NCBI GenBank assembly: GCA_001784875.1
Contig: MFSH01000006.1
Span: 1-60,556, forward strand
Length of the DNA stretch: 60,556 nucleotides
DNA from: Candidatus Moranbacteria bacterium RIFOXYB1_FULL_43_19
GTDB taxonomy: Bacteria > Patescibacteriota > Minisyncoccia > Moranbacterales > UBA11712
Reading direction: 5' to 3'
Of this stretch, positions 17,827 through 27,072 are shown piece by piece (the first letter of the stretch is position 1; every line of letters starts with the position of its first letter). Below the pieces are notes generated by a model. That model did no database searches. It was given only the letters and a program-made list of their open reading frames with translations, and was not told the DNA's origin. Made by a program: the position numbers and the translations under genes.

Positions 17827-18954
17827 ATGAAAATCGGCATAAACGCCTCATTTTTGAGGAAAATCGACACTGGCATCGGCCAGGTGACACAAGGATTTGT
17901 CCAGGAGCTTGCAAAATCCCATTCGAAAAAGAACGAGTATTTTTTGTATCTCGAAAAAGACATCAACTTGAATCTCCCTAAAAATTTCCAAAAGCGCGTT
18001 TTTCTGCCGTTGCTTTGGCGGCGCGACGATTTGATTCGAAAAGTATGGTGGGAGAAAATTCTCTTGCCGCGACGCGCCAAAAAAGACGGATGTGATGTTT
18101 TTGTCTCGCTTTATCAATGCCCGACTTTTTTTCCGAAAAATATACGGCACAAAATGCTCGTCCATGACCTTATTCCGAAAGTTTTTCCGGAATATCTTGA
18201 TAACTGGCGCAAAAAAATATATTTCTTTTTTTCGAATCAGGCTGTTCGGAGCGCCGACAAAGTATTTACTGTTTCTGAATGGTCGAAAAAGGACATTCAC
18301 AAATATCTCAAGGTGCCGAATAAAAAGATAGAAGTAGTTCACCCAAGCGTCGGGGAGAATTTTTTCGAAAGAGCGAGCCACGAAAAAGATAACTCGGTTT
18401 TGGAAAAATATGGAATTTTTGGTCGCTATATTTTTTACGTCGGCGGATTCGACTTCCGGAAAAATGTTTCCGCACTCTTGAAGGCATATCGAAGGTTGAT
18501 TGAAAGATACGAGATAAACGACGTAAGCCTGGTTCTGGGAGGGGAAGACAAATCACGGTTCAGCCCTCTTTTCACCGATATAAAAAAGGAAATTGAGATA
18601 CTCGGGCTTGAAAAAAAAATAAAATTGACTGGTTTTATCGCGCAAAAAGATCTGCCGGCTTTTTATCGCCAGTGCGAACTTTTTGTCCTGCCAGCTTTGT
18701 ATGAGGGTTTCGGGCTTATGGCTCTTGAGGCAATGGCATCCGGCACGCCAGCGGTTGTTTCAAAAACTTCTTCTCTTCCCGAAGTCGGCGGCGACGCGGT
18801 TCTTTATTTCAATCCCTATGACGAAGAAGAGATGTCCCGGGTGATGGGAAAAATTCTGCAAAACGACAAATTGAAAAGGGCTTTGTCCGAGCGCGGAAAG
18901 AAAAGGGCCCAAAAATTCAGCTGGAAAAAATTCGTGGAAATAATTTTGAAATAA
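17827..18954 (+). CDS. Glycosyltransferase family 4 (mannosyltransferase-like)
   Basis: MKIGINASFL, VHDLIP, RKNV, YEGFGLMALEAMASGTP; true start at 17827 within ORF 17425..18954. Confidence 0.92.
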   Translation: MKIGINASFLRKIDTGIGQVTQGFVQELAKSHSKKNEYFLYLEKDINLNLPKNFQKRVFLPLLWRRDDLIRKVWWEKILLPRRAKKDGCDVFVSLYQCPTFFPKNIRHKMLVHDLIPKVFPEYLDNWRKKIYFFFSNQAVRSADKVFTVSEWSKKDIHKYLKVPNKKIEVVHPSVGENFFERASHEKDNSVLEKYGIFGRYIFYVGGFDFRKNVSALLKAYRRLIERYEINDVSLVLGGEDKSRFSPLFTDIKKEIEILGLEKKIKLTGFIAQKDLPAFYRQCELFVLPALYEGFGLMALEAMASGTPAVVSKTSSLPEVGGDAVLYFNPYDEEEMSRVMGKILQNDKLKRALSERGKKRAQKFSWKKFVEIILK

Positions 18955-19037
18955 TTTTCACTACAATTAGTTGTAGTATGCAATTTCAAAAATTTATTCC
19001 AATTAACATTCACTACGATATATCGTGGTGAGAAAAA

Positions 19038-20720
19038 ATGTCTATCTATAACAATCCAGGAAATATTATAAAAAATATTTTCAAAAGAGAACTCACCTGG
19101 GTTTGGGTTTTTGGTTTTGTCTTGAGTCTGGCTGCTGTGGCTCTTTCTGCAAAAAATAAACTGCCTCTCGGGAAAGGGGATTTTGTTTTTCTTGCTCTGG
19201 TGACTTTGCTTGTGGCGCTCTACCGTCCCCGCTGGATATTTTTTCTTTTCGTGGGAAGCATTTCTCTCGAAAACATAATTTTGACCGGCGGTTTTCTCCC
19301 GATTCAATTGCGGCTCTATCAGTTTTTCGGAGGAATATTGATTCTGGCTTTGGCTATTCTATTTGCCTCCAAACGGCTTAGTTTCAAACTGCTCAAACCA
19401 ATTTGGATCGATTGGCTTGTTTTTTCGCTGATTCCTTTCAGCTTCCTGGCTCTGATGGCCGCTCCGAACAAATCTGCCAGCCTTAAAAATAATTTCGTTT
19501 TAATTTCTTTTGTCGCCCTATATTATCTTTCCCGCAATTTCATGAGAAGCCGGAAGGATTTTGCCAAAACAGCCGCTTTTTTGACAATTTCTTTTTTGGC
19601 AACAACTTTATTCGGCTTTTGGCAGGTTTTCGCCGATAAATTCGGTGCCAAATCTCTTGAGGTGATGTTTGGGCGGCCAAATTCCACTTTTACGGAACCA
19701 GATTGGCTGGGGCTATATTTGTGCTTCGCGCTGGCCGTTTTTCTTTCGTTGATGTTTTATATCCTCCAGACAAAGAAAAAGGCATTCGTTTCAAAAAAAT
19801 CTTCCGCCTTGATTTTGGATATTTTGATTTTTCTCGACGTGACATTGATTGTTCTGACACTTTCCCGCTCGGCTTGGATTGGAGCGGCCGCCGTTTTCAC
19901 TTTTTACTTCCTTGCGCTTGTGCCATCGCAAAAATATATTTCCGCCAGAAAATATGCTGCGGGCTGGAGAGGATTTTTGAGAGAAGCGGCAATAATATTT
20001 TCGATTGTTGTTATCTCTCTGGCAACAGTTCATTTTGGAAAACTTTCGAAGTTTGATCTAAGCGACCGGGCGCGTTCAGCGGCTACCAGCGAACAAAAAA
20101 TCACAATCGCCTGCGAAAATAGTACGAGTATTTTGCAAACAGTTTCCAACACGGACGAACTGAAAAAATTCAATTGCCGGCATATCAATCTCGAGGAAAT
20201 TAATTTCTATAAATCGCAGGGAAAAGTCGTCACTGAAATTTTCCGGAAAGACCCGAATGTGATGACTCGAAGCGCGATTTATCAAAAAAGCTGGGAGATT
20301 CTCAAAATTCATCCAATCACGGGAGTCGGCTTTGGATCAATCACGCAAAATCTGGGAGCTGACGAGCGGGGAGCGGGGCTCAATGAGAGCAACGTTTTCC
20401 TTCAGGTCTGGGCGGGAAGCGGAATCTTTGGACTTATAGCTTTCGTTGTGGCAATTGGATATTTATTTGTTTACGCGTTTCGACGTGTATCTCCAGTCTG
20501 CCCAATGAATAAATTTTTTGGCTGTCCGATTATAAAGGATGATTTTGAAAAAATTTTATCTGTTTTCGCGGTCTTAGGCATTTCAGCCTTGATAATTCCA
20601 AATCTTTTCAACGCGGGGCTATTCATGGGAATTTTTTGGCTTGGATTGGCGGTTGTTGTAAATATTCGTGATTTTATTGAGGTCGAACCTCGCTCGGGCA
20701 AGGTGTTAGATATAATTTAG
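19038..20720 (+). CDS. O-antigen ligase / Wzy-like membrane protein
   Basis: Many TMs; RPNSTFTEPDWLG, LTLSRSAWIG, R..IYQKSWEI..HPITGVGFG, ESNVFLQ. Confidence 0.82.
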   Translation: MSIYNNPGNIIKNIFKRELTWVWVFGFVLSLAAVALSAKNKLPLGKGDFVFLALVTLLVALYRPRWIFFLFVGSISLENIILTGGFLPIQLRLYQFFGGILILALAILFASKRLSFKLLKPIWIDWLVFSLIPFSFLALMAAPNKSASLKNNFVLISFVALYYLSRNFMRSRKDFAKTAAFLTISFLATTLFGFWQVFADKFGAKSLEVMFGRPNSTFTEPDWLGLYLCFALAVFLSLMFYILQTKKKAFVSKKSSALILDILIFLDVTLIVLTLSRSAWIGAAAVFTFYFLALVPSQKYISARKYAAGWRGFLREAAIIFSIVVISLATVHFGKLSKFDLSDRARSAATSEQKITIACENSTSILQTVSNTDELKKFNCRHINLEEINFYKSQGKVVTEIFRKDPNVMTRSAIYQKSWEILKIHPITGVGFGSITQNLGADERGAGLNESNVFLQVWAGSGIFGLIAFVVAIGYLFVYAFRRVSPVCPMNKFFGCPIIKDDFEKILSVFAVLGISALIIPNLFNAGLFMGIFWLGLAVVVNIRDFIEVEPRSGKVLDII

Positions 20721-20771
20721 CTTGTCGGCAATATTTTTTGTTATTAATCGGCCGTAGCGAGGTTCGACCTC
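20679..20771. mobile_element. 93-bp element with perfect 16-bp inverted termini overlapping the end of the ligase gene
   Basis: GAGGTCGAACCTCGCT (20679-94) and AGCGAGGTTCGACCTC (20756-71). Confidence 0.8.
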
Positions 20772-20779
20772 TCAATTTT

Positions 20780-21913
20780 ATGAGAATCGGCATAGACATT
20801 CGAGTGATCGGCAAAAAACGCACCGGGGACGAAGTGTATTTTTTCAATTTGGTGAAAAACTTAGCGGCTATCGACCAAAAAAATGAATACTCTTTATATA
20901 CCGACCGCGATCCGGAAAAAGACGAGGGCTTGGCGCGAGAGATAGCCAAACTCGAGCTGGGCGAGAATCTCAAAGTCGTATTCGTCAAAAATACGAACCG
21001 CTTTTGTTGGAATTTCCGGTATCTGCCGATGTATCTCAAAAAAAATCCAGTGGATATTTTTCATACCCAGTATATCGCGCCCTTTCGGCTGCCGAAAAAT
21101 ATTAAATTAGTTCTCACAATTCACGATATTTCATTCAATTTTTTCCCGCAGCATATCAAAAAGTCCGATTTGGTTTTTCTAAAAACACTTATCCCTCGAA
21201 GCATCCAGCGAGCCGATAAAATCATAGCTGTTTCCAAAAGCGAAAAGAAAAATATCATTGATTTTTATAAACTATCTCCTGAAAAAGTAGATTTCACCTA
21301 TAACGGCGTGAACTACCAGAAATTCAATCAAAAATTTTCACCTGAAAAAATAAAAGAAATAAATACCAAATACCAAATACCAAATACCAGATACATACTT
21401 TATATCGGCACCTTCCAGCCGAGAAAAAACATTCCGGTTCTTATTGAATCGATAAAAAATCTGGACATAAAATTGATCCTGGCCGGAAACAGAGAAGCTC
21501 ATAATTTTGACAAAAGAATTGACGAAGCAATCGAGAAAAACAATCTCAAAAATAAAGTGATTTTCCCCGGTTGGATTGATGAGGATGACAAACCCTTCCT
21601 GCTCCAATCCGCCAGCTGTTTCGTTTTTCCATCACTTTATGAAGGCTTTGGAATTCCCGTCATTGAAGCGATGTCTGCCGGAACGCCAGTTATTTGCTCT
21701 AACATTCCCGTCCTTCAGGAATTAGCGGACGATACGGCGCTTTTCTGCGATCCGAAGAACAGTGGTGATTTCACAAAAAATATTCAAAAAATACTAATCA
21801 ACGAAAATTTGCGGAATAACTTGGTCAAAAAAGGTCGAGATACCGCCCAAAAATTCATCTGGCAAAAAACGGCTGAAAAAACGCTTGAAATTTACACTTC
21901 CCTTATAAAATGA
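20780..21913 (+). CDS. Glycosyltransferase family 4
   Basis: MRIGIDIR, TIHDISF, QPRKNI, YEGFGIPVIEAMSAGTP. Confidence 0.92.
   Translation: MRIGIDIRVIGKKRTGDEVYFFNLVKNLAAIDQKNEYSLYTDRDPEKDEGLAREIAKLELGENLKVVFVKNTNRFCWNFRYLPMYLKKNPVDIFHTQYIAPFRLPKNIKLVLTIHDISFNFFPQHIKKSDLVFLKTLIPRSIQRADKIIAVSKSEKKNIIDFYKLSPEKVDFTYNGVNYQKFNQKFSPEKIKEINTKYQIPNTRYILYIGTFQPRKNIPVLIESIKNLDIKLILAGNREAHNFDKRIDEAIEKNNLKNKVIFPGWIDEDDKPFLLQSASCFVFPSLYEGFGIPVIEAMSAGTPVICSNIPVLQELADDTALFCDPKNSGDFTKNIQKILINENLRNNLVKKGRDTAQKFIWQKTAEKTLEIYTSLIK
21361..21395 (+). repeat. In-frame heptamer tandem repeat (AAATACC)4-AGATACA inside GT4
   Basis: Four perfect copies at 21361-88 plus one degenerate copy; encodes NTKYQIPNTRY. Confidence 0.9.
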
Positions 21914-21921
21914 TTCAGCAC

Positions 21922-21950
21922 TTGCCTTTTTATATTTTGTATGGTATAGC
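21922..21950 (+). promoter_or_regulatory. Putative sigma70 promoter for the small ORF at 21987
   Basis: TTGCCT-17 nt-TATAGC with extended -10 TG. Confidence 0.55.
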
Positions 21951-21986
21951 TTCATGATTTCAAAAATCATTAGGGAGGAAGAGATC

Positions 21987-22166
21987 ATGTCTAAGGGAGG
22001 AAAATGTTACGTCCATGAGAAGCACTATCCTCATGGAAAACCAGTAGCAAAAAAGGTCGCGCCTCCGGTTGTTTCAACGGAAATCATGCAAAGGGCCCTC
22101 GACTCTATCGGGCGTTTTCAAAAAAGGACCGCGGATTCAATTCCCGGCTCCAGCACGCCCAAATAA
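21987..22166 (+). CDS. Small basic hypothetical protein (59 aa)
   Basis: SD AGGGAGG 8 nt upstream; candidate promoter upstream and hairpin terminator downstream. Confidence 0.7.
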   Translation: MSKGGKCYVHEKHYPHGKPVAKKVAPPVVSTEIMQRALDSIGRFQKRTADSIPGSSTPK

Positions 22167-22202
22167 CTGCGGACGCTAAGCTGAATCTGGCTTAAAACCC
22201 CT

Positions 22203-22226
22203 AAGGCGGCCAACGGTCGCCTTTAT
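22203..22226 (+). terminator. Hairpin, probable terminator
   Basis: AAGGCGGCC-AAC-GGTCGCCTT then TAT. Confidence 0.5.
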
Positions 22227-22361
22227 CATTTCCAAGTCAAATACTTGCAAAAATAACGAGGATATTGTATTTTGTATATTGAAAAAAGGAGCAGGAGGGC
22301 TCTGTTTTTTTGACAGATTCCTGCCCTTTAAAAACCTGCAAAGGAAAGGTGGTGATCCCGA

Positions 22362-25037
22362 ATGTCTGAGTTTGATGAAGAAATTCTGGAAATGGTTACC
22401 AGAATAATCCCGGAAGAAGATCCCGAAGAAGACCTCGGGATACCGTTTTTTCCTGTTGAACCATCTAGGGAAGATTTTCCGGAAAACGAAGAGCTGCAAT
22501 CTGGCGAAGGGATTGACCCTTTTTCGGCCAAATTCAATGATCCGGTTCGGCTATATCTCAGGGATATGGCAACCTTTCAAGTTCTTACCCGCGAAGGAGA
22601 AATTGGGATTGCTCAACGGATCGAAGCCGGAGAAAAAGATGTGTTTCTTGCTCTTTTGGAAATTCCCTACACCGCCAAAGTAATTGCCGGTCTTCTCCAC
22701 GTGTTTGAGTTGGAACCGGAACAGGAAAAACCGAATCCGGAAGAATATTCCATTGATTTTTTCGGGAATGGAGTTGTTCCAGAACAAAACCAACTCACTC
22801 AAAAGAAAAGAATGCTGGGTTTTATCCGGAACTTTCTCCTAAAAGACGACAAAGTCCAACAATTGGAAAAGAACCTTGCTTCCTTTCCGGAAAAGAGCGA
22901 GATGCGCGGCCGAATCCAACTGAAAATTGTAAGCCTTCGCCGCCACATGGCCGATCTTCTCAACGCTTTGCATTTTGATCTCTTGGATATGGATCCGGCC
23001 CTGAGTGTATTGCGCCAGTCAGCATCCCGGCTTCGTGATCTAAACCGAAAAATGAGCCGCGCTCTGGCTCCGTTCGGCTTTTCGGTGACCAGATTCCGCG
23101 AGCTTGTCAGGAAAGCCAACAAAGACGAAAATTCATTTCTTCATTTAAAAATGAATCCGGAACAATTGGCGGAACTAGTTGGGATGCAAAAAGAAATCCG
23201 CAAAGAATCATACGGAATTGAGCAAAAAATCGGTTTAACCGGCCCTCGACTCTTGGCTGCTATGGACCGGCTGGAAAAAGCCGATCGGGAGATCCAAAAG
23301 GCAAAACGGGATATGGTCCAAGCCAACCTCCGGCTTGTCGTGAGTATCGCGAAAAAATATACTCACCGGGGTTTGCAATTTTTGGATCTTATTCAGGAAG
23401 GCAATACAGGTCTCATGAAATCTGCGGGAAAGTTTGAATATAAACGCGGCTACAAATTTTCGACCTATGCGACCTGGTGGATCCGCCAGGCCATCACCCG
23501 GGCGATTGCCGACCAAGCGCGGACTATCCGCATCCCGGTTCATATGATCGAATCCATCAACAAGATCCTTCGCACGTCCCGCTACCTGGTTCAGGAACTG
23601 GGGCGCGAACCTACCCCGGAGGAAATTGCGGCTAAAATGGAGATGCCTTTGGGAAAGATCCTCAAAGGCCTCTGTATTGCCAAAGAGCCGTTCTCTCTTG
23701 AAACGCCCATCGGTGACGATGGCGACGACTTTTTGGGAAATTTCATTGAGGATAAAATAATTCCCACTCCCTTTAAAGCCGTAAGTGACATCAATTTAGC
23801 GGATCAAATCCGCAAGACGCTCACTGCCTTAAGCCCTCGCGAGGAAAAGGTTGTCCGCAAAAGGTTTGGCATCGGCGAAAAGCATGATCAAACATTGGAA
23901 GAAATCGGCCAAGAATTTGAGGTGACCCGGGAACGCATACGCCAAATCGAGGCAAAGGGATTGCAGAAGTTGCGGCATCCGTCCCGAGCAAAACGCTTGG
24001 GGGGCTTCACTGAAGATTGCGGAAAAGAAAAAAAACGGTACAATGCCGGAAATCCTCCTCCCTCACCGGTGCTTGCTGACCCTGAACCGGTTCCCAAAAT
24101 CATCTTCAACCCAAACCATTGGAGCCCGAAAGAAGTAGAAGATGATTCGCCTCCGGAGTTCTTCAAAATCTCTGAAATTCCTGAATCTCGACCCAAAAGT
24201 CCGCTGTCTTCAAAAACGCCGACCAAAGCGGGTTTCGGTAATCCTGGACCAAGGGTTTTCCCTCCGGAAAACTTGCCCCGAATTTTTGAGATCGTTCTTT
24301 CGCCGATCCAATGGGAAATAGTCCGCCGTTTCTTCAACGGTGGAGCGGAGAAACTCGAGTGTTCAGAGATCGGCTGTCTGGAATCCGTGCGAAAGCTGAA
24401 TAGCGGATTTTCGATGCAGCCAAGCCGAGTGGCAAGAATAAAGGACAGGGCCCTGAATATCCTGGCAACTTTTGTCGGGCATTCGCTGCCCGATAGTTTG
24501 TATGTCTGGGACACATGGCTGCATAATCTCGTTCTTGCGATTGAGAGGCGTAAATCGGCTCTGCGTCTTGGACTCGAAACGACACTATGTCTGACCGAAT
24601 TTTTCAAACCCGTTGCAATCAACGACGGGGATCGCCGCATATCCAAAACCAAAAAACCGGAAAGGTACGAAGAAACTGCAAATATGATTATCGCACGCGT
24701 GCCGCCGGAAGGATCTCAAGGTATCGGCGAAAACAGGCAGCTCGTGATTTTCAGGGATAGGAAAGCATTAATTCTTTATCCTGAACTTGCCGAGGCTATT
24801 CGTATCCGGCTGAAAAAAGGAGGTAAAAACCTTCAGAAAAATAGCGTCAGTCCGGAAATCGCCAAGATTATCACAGGTCTCAAGCCTTCTGATATGAAAC
24901 TGCTCAAGCTACTTGGCATAGACCAGTTGAAAGTTGGAAAGGCAACGAGCCATCAGCTTAATGTAACGCCCCTAGTTCTCATTTCGATGGTGGAGGAACT
25001 TATCGAAAAGATAACCGGCCTGTCTTCAGGCTCTTGA
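22362..25037 (+). CDS. RpoD-like group-1 sigma factor with a C-terminal extension of about 340 aa
   Basis: DPVRLYL (region 1.2), [66 protein letters not shown]; ORF stays open to 891 aa. Confidence 0.9.
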   Translation: MSEFDEEILEMVTRIIPEEDPEEDLGIPFFPVEPSREDFPENEELQSGEGIDPFSAKFNDPVRLYLRDMATFQVLTREGEIGIAQRIEAGEKDVFLALLEIPYTAKVIAGLLHVFELEPEQEKPNPEEYSIDFFGNGVVPEQNQLTQKKRMLGFIRNFLLKDDKVQQLEKNLASFPEKSEMRGRIQLKIVSLRRHMADLLNALHFDLLDMDPALSVLRQSASRLRDLNRKMSRALAPFGFSVTRFRELVRKANKDENSFLHLKMNPEQLAELVGMQKEIRKESYGIEQKIGLTGPRLLAAMDRLEKADREIQKAKRDMVQANLRLVVSIAKKYTHRGLQFLDLIQEGNTGLMKSAGKFEYKRGYKFSTYATWWIRQAITRAIADQARTIRIPVHMIESINKILRTSRYLVQELGREPTPEEIAAKMEMPLGKILKGLCIAKEPFSLETPIGDDGDDFLGNFIEDKIIPTPFKAVSDINLADQIRKTLTALSPREEKVVRKRFGIGEKHDQTLEEIGQEFEVTRERIRQIEAKGLQKLRHPSRAKRLGGFTEDCGKEKKRYNAGNPPPSPVLADPEPVPKIIFNPNHWSPKEVEDDSPPEFFKISEIPESRPKSPLSSKTPTKAGFGNPGPRVFPPENLPRIFEIVLSPIQWEIVRRFFNGGAEKLECSEIGCLESVRKLNSGFSMQPSRVARIKDRALNILATFVGHSLPDSLYVWDTWLHNLVLAIERRKSALRLGLETTLCLTEFFKPVAINDGDRRISKTKKPERYEETANMIIARVPPEGSQGIGENRQLVIFRDRKALILYPELAEAIRIRLKKGGKNLQKNSVSPEIAKIITGLKPSDMKLLKLLGIDQLKVGKATSHQLNVTPLVLISMVEELIEKITGLSSGS

Positions 25038-25039
25038 CC

Positions 25040-25070
25040 AACGCCCACAGCATAGCTTTGGGCGTTTTTT
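25040..25070 (+). terminator. Intrinsic terminator after the sigma gene
   Basis: AACGCCCA...TGGGCGTT followed by TTTT. Confidence 0.75.
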
Positions 25071-25074
25071 ATAT

Positions 25075-25103
25075 TTGCATTGCCATAATTATTATTTTAT
25101 AAT
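25075..25103 (+). promoter_or_regulatory. Putative sigma70 promoter for the LCP-GT2-S41 operon
   Basis: TTGCAT-17 nt-TATAAT. Confidence 0.65.
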
Positions 25104-25173
25104 ATACTCGCTAATGATGCCTTTGGGGCAAGTTATTTTTATTTTGAGCGTAAACCAATAAAGAGCAAAAAAT

Positions 25174-26232
25174 ATGGGATTTTTTTCACGAAACCATGAA
25201 GATGAAAATATGAAGCTGAGAAAGAACAGATTCTGGAAAAAAAGATGGTTTAAAGTTTTGGTGATCATCCTTTTTCTTTTGATCGCCACCGGCGGATACG
25301 CCATGTATCGAACCGGAACGACTCTCAGCAAAATTTCAACCAAAGACGGGTTCATGAAATCGCTCTGGAAATCCATCCCGGGTGTCGGCCCCGACCAGCT
25401 CCAAGGAGAAGAAGAGGGACAAATCAATGTCCTCTTGCTAGGCATGCGCGGAAACAATATGCCCGGCGGAGGCCTTCTGGCGGACTCAATAATGGTCGTT
25501 ATGGTCAGACCCAAGGAAAACAAGGTGGCAATTGTTTCCGTTCCCCGCGACCTGTGGGTGAACTATCCCGAAACTTCCAACCAGGGAAAAATAAATTCTG
25601 TTCACGCCCTTTATGAAGAAAAAGGCGAAGGAAAAGGCATGGAAGCCATGAAAAAAGTTGTCGGCGACATCACGGGTCTCCCGGTACACTATGCCGTCCG
25701 AATCGATTTCAACGGCTTCAAGGAATTGGTCGACACTGTCGGGGGAGTGGATGTTTATCTCGACCAGCCTTTTTCCGAACCAACTCAATTTGAAGGCGAG
25801 AATGCTCTCGATTTTTCGCTTCCGGCAGGTAAAAATCACATTGACGGATCGAAGGCCTTGTTTTTTGTCCGGGCCCGATACGCTTCTTCCGATTTTGACC
25901 GGGCAAAACGGCAGCAGCAAGTCCTGCTGGCCCTCAAAGACAAGCTTTTGAGCCTTGGAACGCTCACTGATTTTGGGAAAGTGAACAACATTCTCAACGT
26001 GCTTGGAGAAGATGTCCGCACCGATATGGATATTTCCGAAATGAAGAAATTTTTCAATCTGGCAAGCTCAATGCAAAATCCTGACATACAGCAAAAAGTT
26101 TTTGACACATCGGAAGAGGGTTTGCTGTATTCCACTAAAGCTGACACTCCGGAAGGAAAAACATATGTGCTCCTGCCAACGGGAGGGAATTATGATAAAA
26201 TTCGACAGGTGTGCCAGAATATTTTCCAATAA
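25174..26232 (+). CDS. LytR-CpsA-Psr (LCP) family protein
   Basis: TM helix, INVLLLG, ADSIMV, VSVPRDLWV, KINS, ARYASSDFDRAKRQQQVL. Confidence 0.93.
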   Translation: MGFFSRNHEDENMKLRKNRFWKKRWFKVLVIILFLLIATGGYAMYRTGTTLSKISTKDGFMKSLWKSIPGVGPDQLQGEEEGQINVLLLGMRGNNMPGGGLLADSIMVVMVRPKENKVAIVSVPRDLWVNYPETSNQGKINSVHALYEEKGEGKGMEAMKKVVGDITGLPVHYAVRIDFNGFKELVDTVGGVDVYLDQPFSEPTQFEGENALDFSLPAGKNHIDGSKALFFVRARYASSDFDRAKRQQQVLLALKDKLLSLGTLTDFGKVNNILNVLGEDVRTDMDISEMKKFFNLASSMQNPDIQQKVFDTSEEGLLYSTKADTPEGKTYVLLPTGGNYDKIRQVCQNIFQ

Positions 26233-26253
26233 CAGGGAATTTTGTCGAGAAAA

Positions 26254-27072
26254 ATGAATAAGGATTTATCAATCATTGTCACGAGCTACAAAAACCCTTC
26301 GGTTCTTCGGCTTTGCCTTGAGTCCCTGAAGAAGAACGTTCTCAACGAAAACTTCGAAGTCCTGGTTCTCGATAGCTCCACTGAAGAAGACACGGAATTG
26401 ATGATGAGAGAGAATTTTCCGGATGTTCATTTTTTTCCGTTCAAAGAAAATATGGGCTTTTCAAGGCTTGTAAACAGCGGCCTTCGGAAAGCCAAGGGAA
26501 ATTATATTCTCATTCTGAATGCCGACATCATCGTTGAAAAAAAATCGGCCGACATGCTGCTCCAAGAGCTGAAAAAAAATCCCCAGATAGGGATTATCGG
26601 GCCAAAACTCATGAATTTTGACGGAAATGTGCAGCCTTCGTGCTTCCGGCTTTATACCCCACCCGTCATAATCTATCGCCGCACATTTCTGGGAAAATTT
26701 CCTTTTGCCAAAAGAAAAATAGACAAATTTTTGTATAAGGACAAAGACCTCGGAAAAACCCAAGAAGTTGACTGGGTGATGGGATCTGCCATGATGACCA
26801 GCCGAAAAGCCTTTGAGAAAGTCGGTTTTATGGAAGAAAATTTTGGCTTTATGTATTTTGAAGATGTTGACTGGTGTCGCCGTTTTTGGGATAAGGGACT
26901 GAAAGTCGTTTATTATCCGCACGTGAAGATGTTCCACTACCACGGAAAAGGTTCAGCCAGCCAGAGCGCTCTGGGAGCAATATTTTTGAACAAGCTTACT
27001 CGGGAACATATAAAAAGCGCTCTTAAGTATTTTTGGAAATATATTGGAAAAGAAAGTCCGCACAAAAAATGA
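26254..27072 (+). CDS. Glycosyltransferase family 2 (WbbL-like)
   Basis: LSIIVTSY, NMGFSRLVN, LILNADI, DWVMGSA, FMYFEDVDWCRR. Confidence 0.9.
   Translation: MNKDLSIIVTSYKNPSVLRLCLESLKKNVLNENFEVLVLDSSTEEDTELMMRENFPDVHFFPFKENMGFSRLVNSGLRKAKGNYILILNADIIVEKKSADMLLQELKKNPQIGIIGPKLMNFDGNVQPSCFRLYTPPVIIYRRTFLGKFPFAKRKIDKFLYKDKDLGKTQEVDWVMGSAMMTSRKAFEKVGFMEENFGFMYFEDVDWCRRFWDKGLKVVYYPHVKMFHYHGKGSASQSALGAIFLNKLTREHIKSALKYFWKYIGKESPHKK

Noticed and set aside
23888-24652. 254-aa antisense ORF within the sigma gene, and other long shadow ORFs (8301..8984, 27566..28228, 29072..29770, 58048..58788)
   Set aside because: They lie antisense to well-supported genes and show no recognisable motifs; this is typical reverse-frame shadowing.
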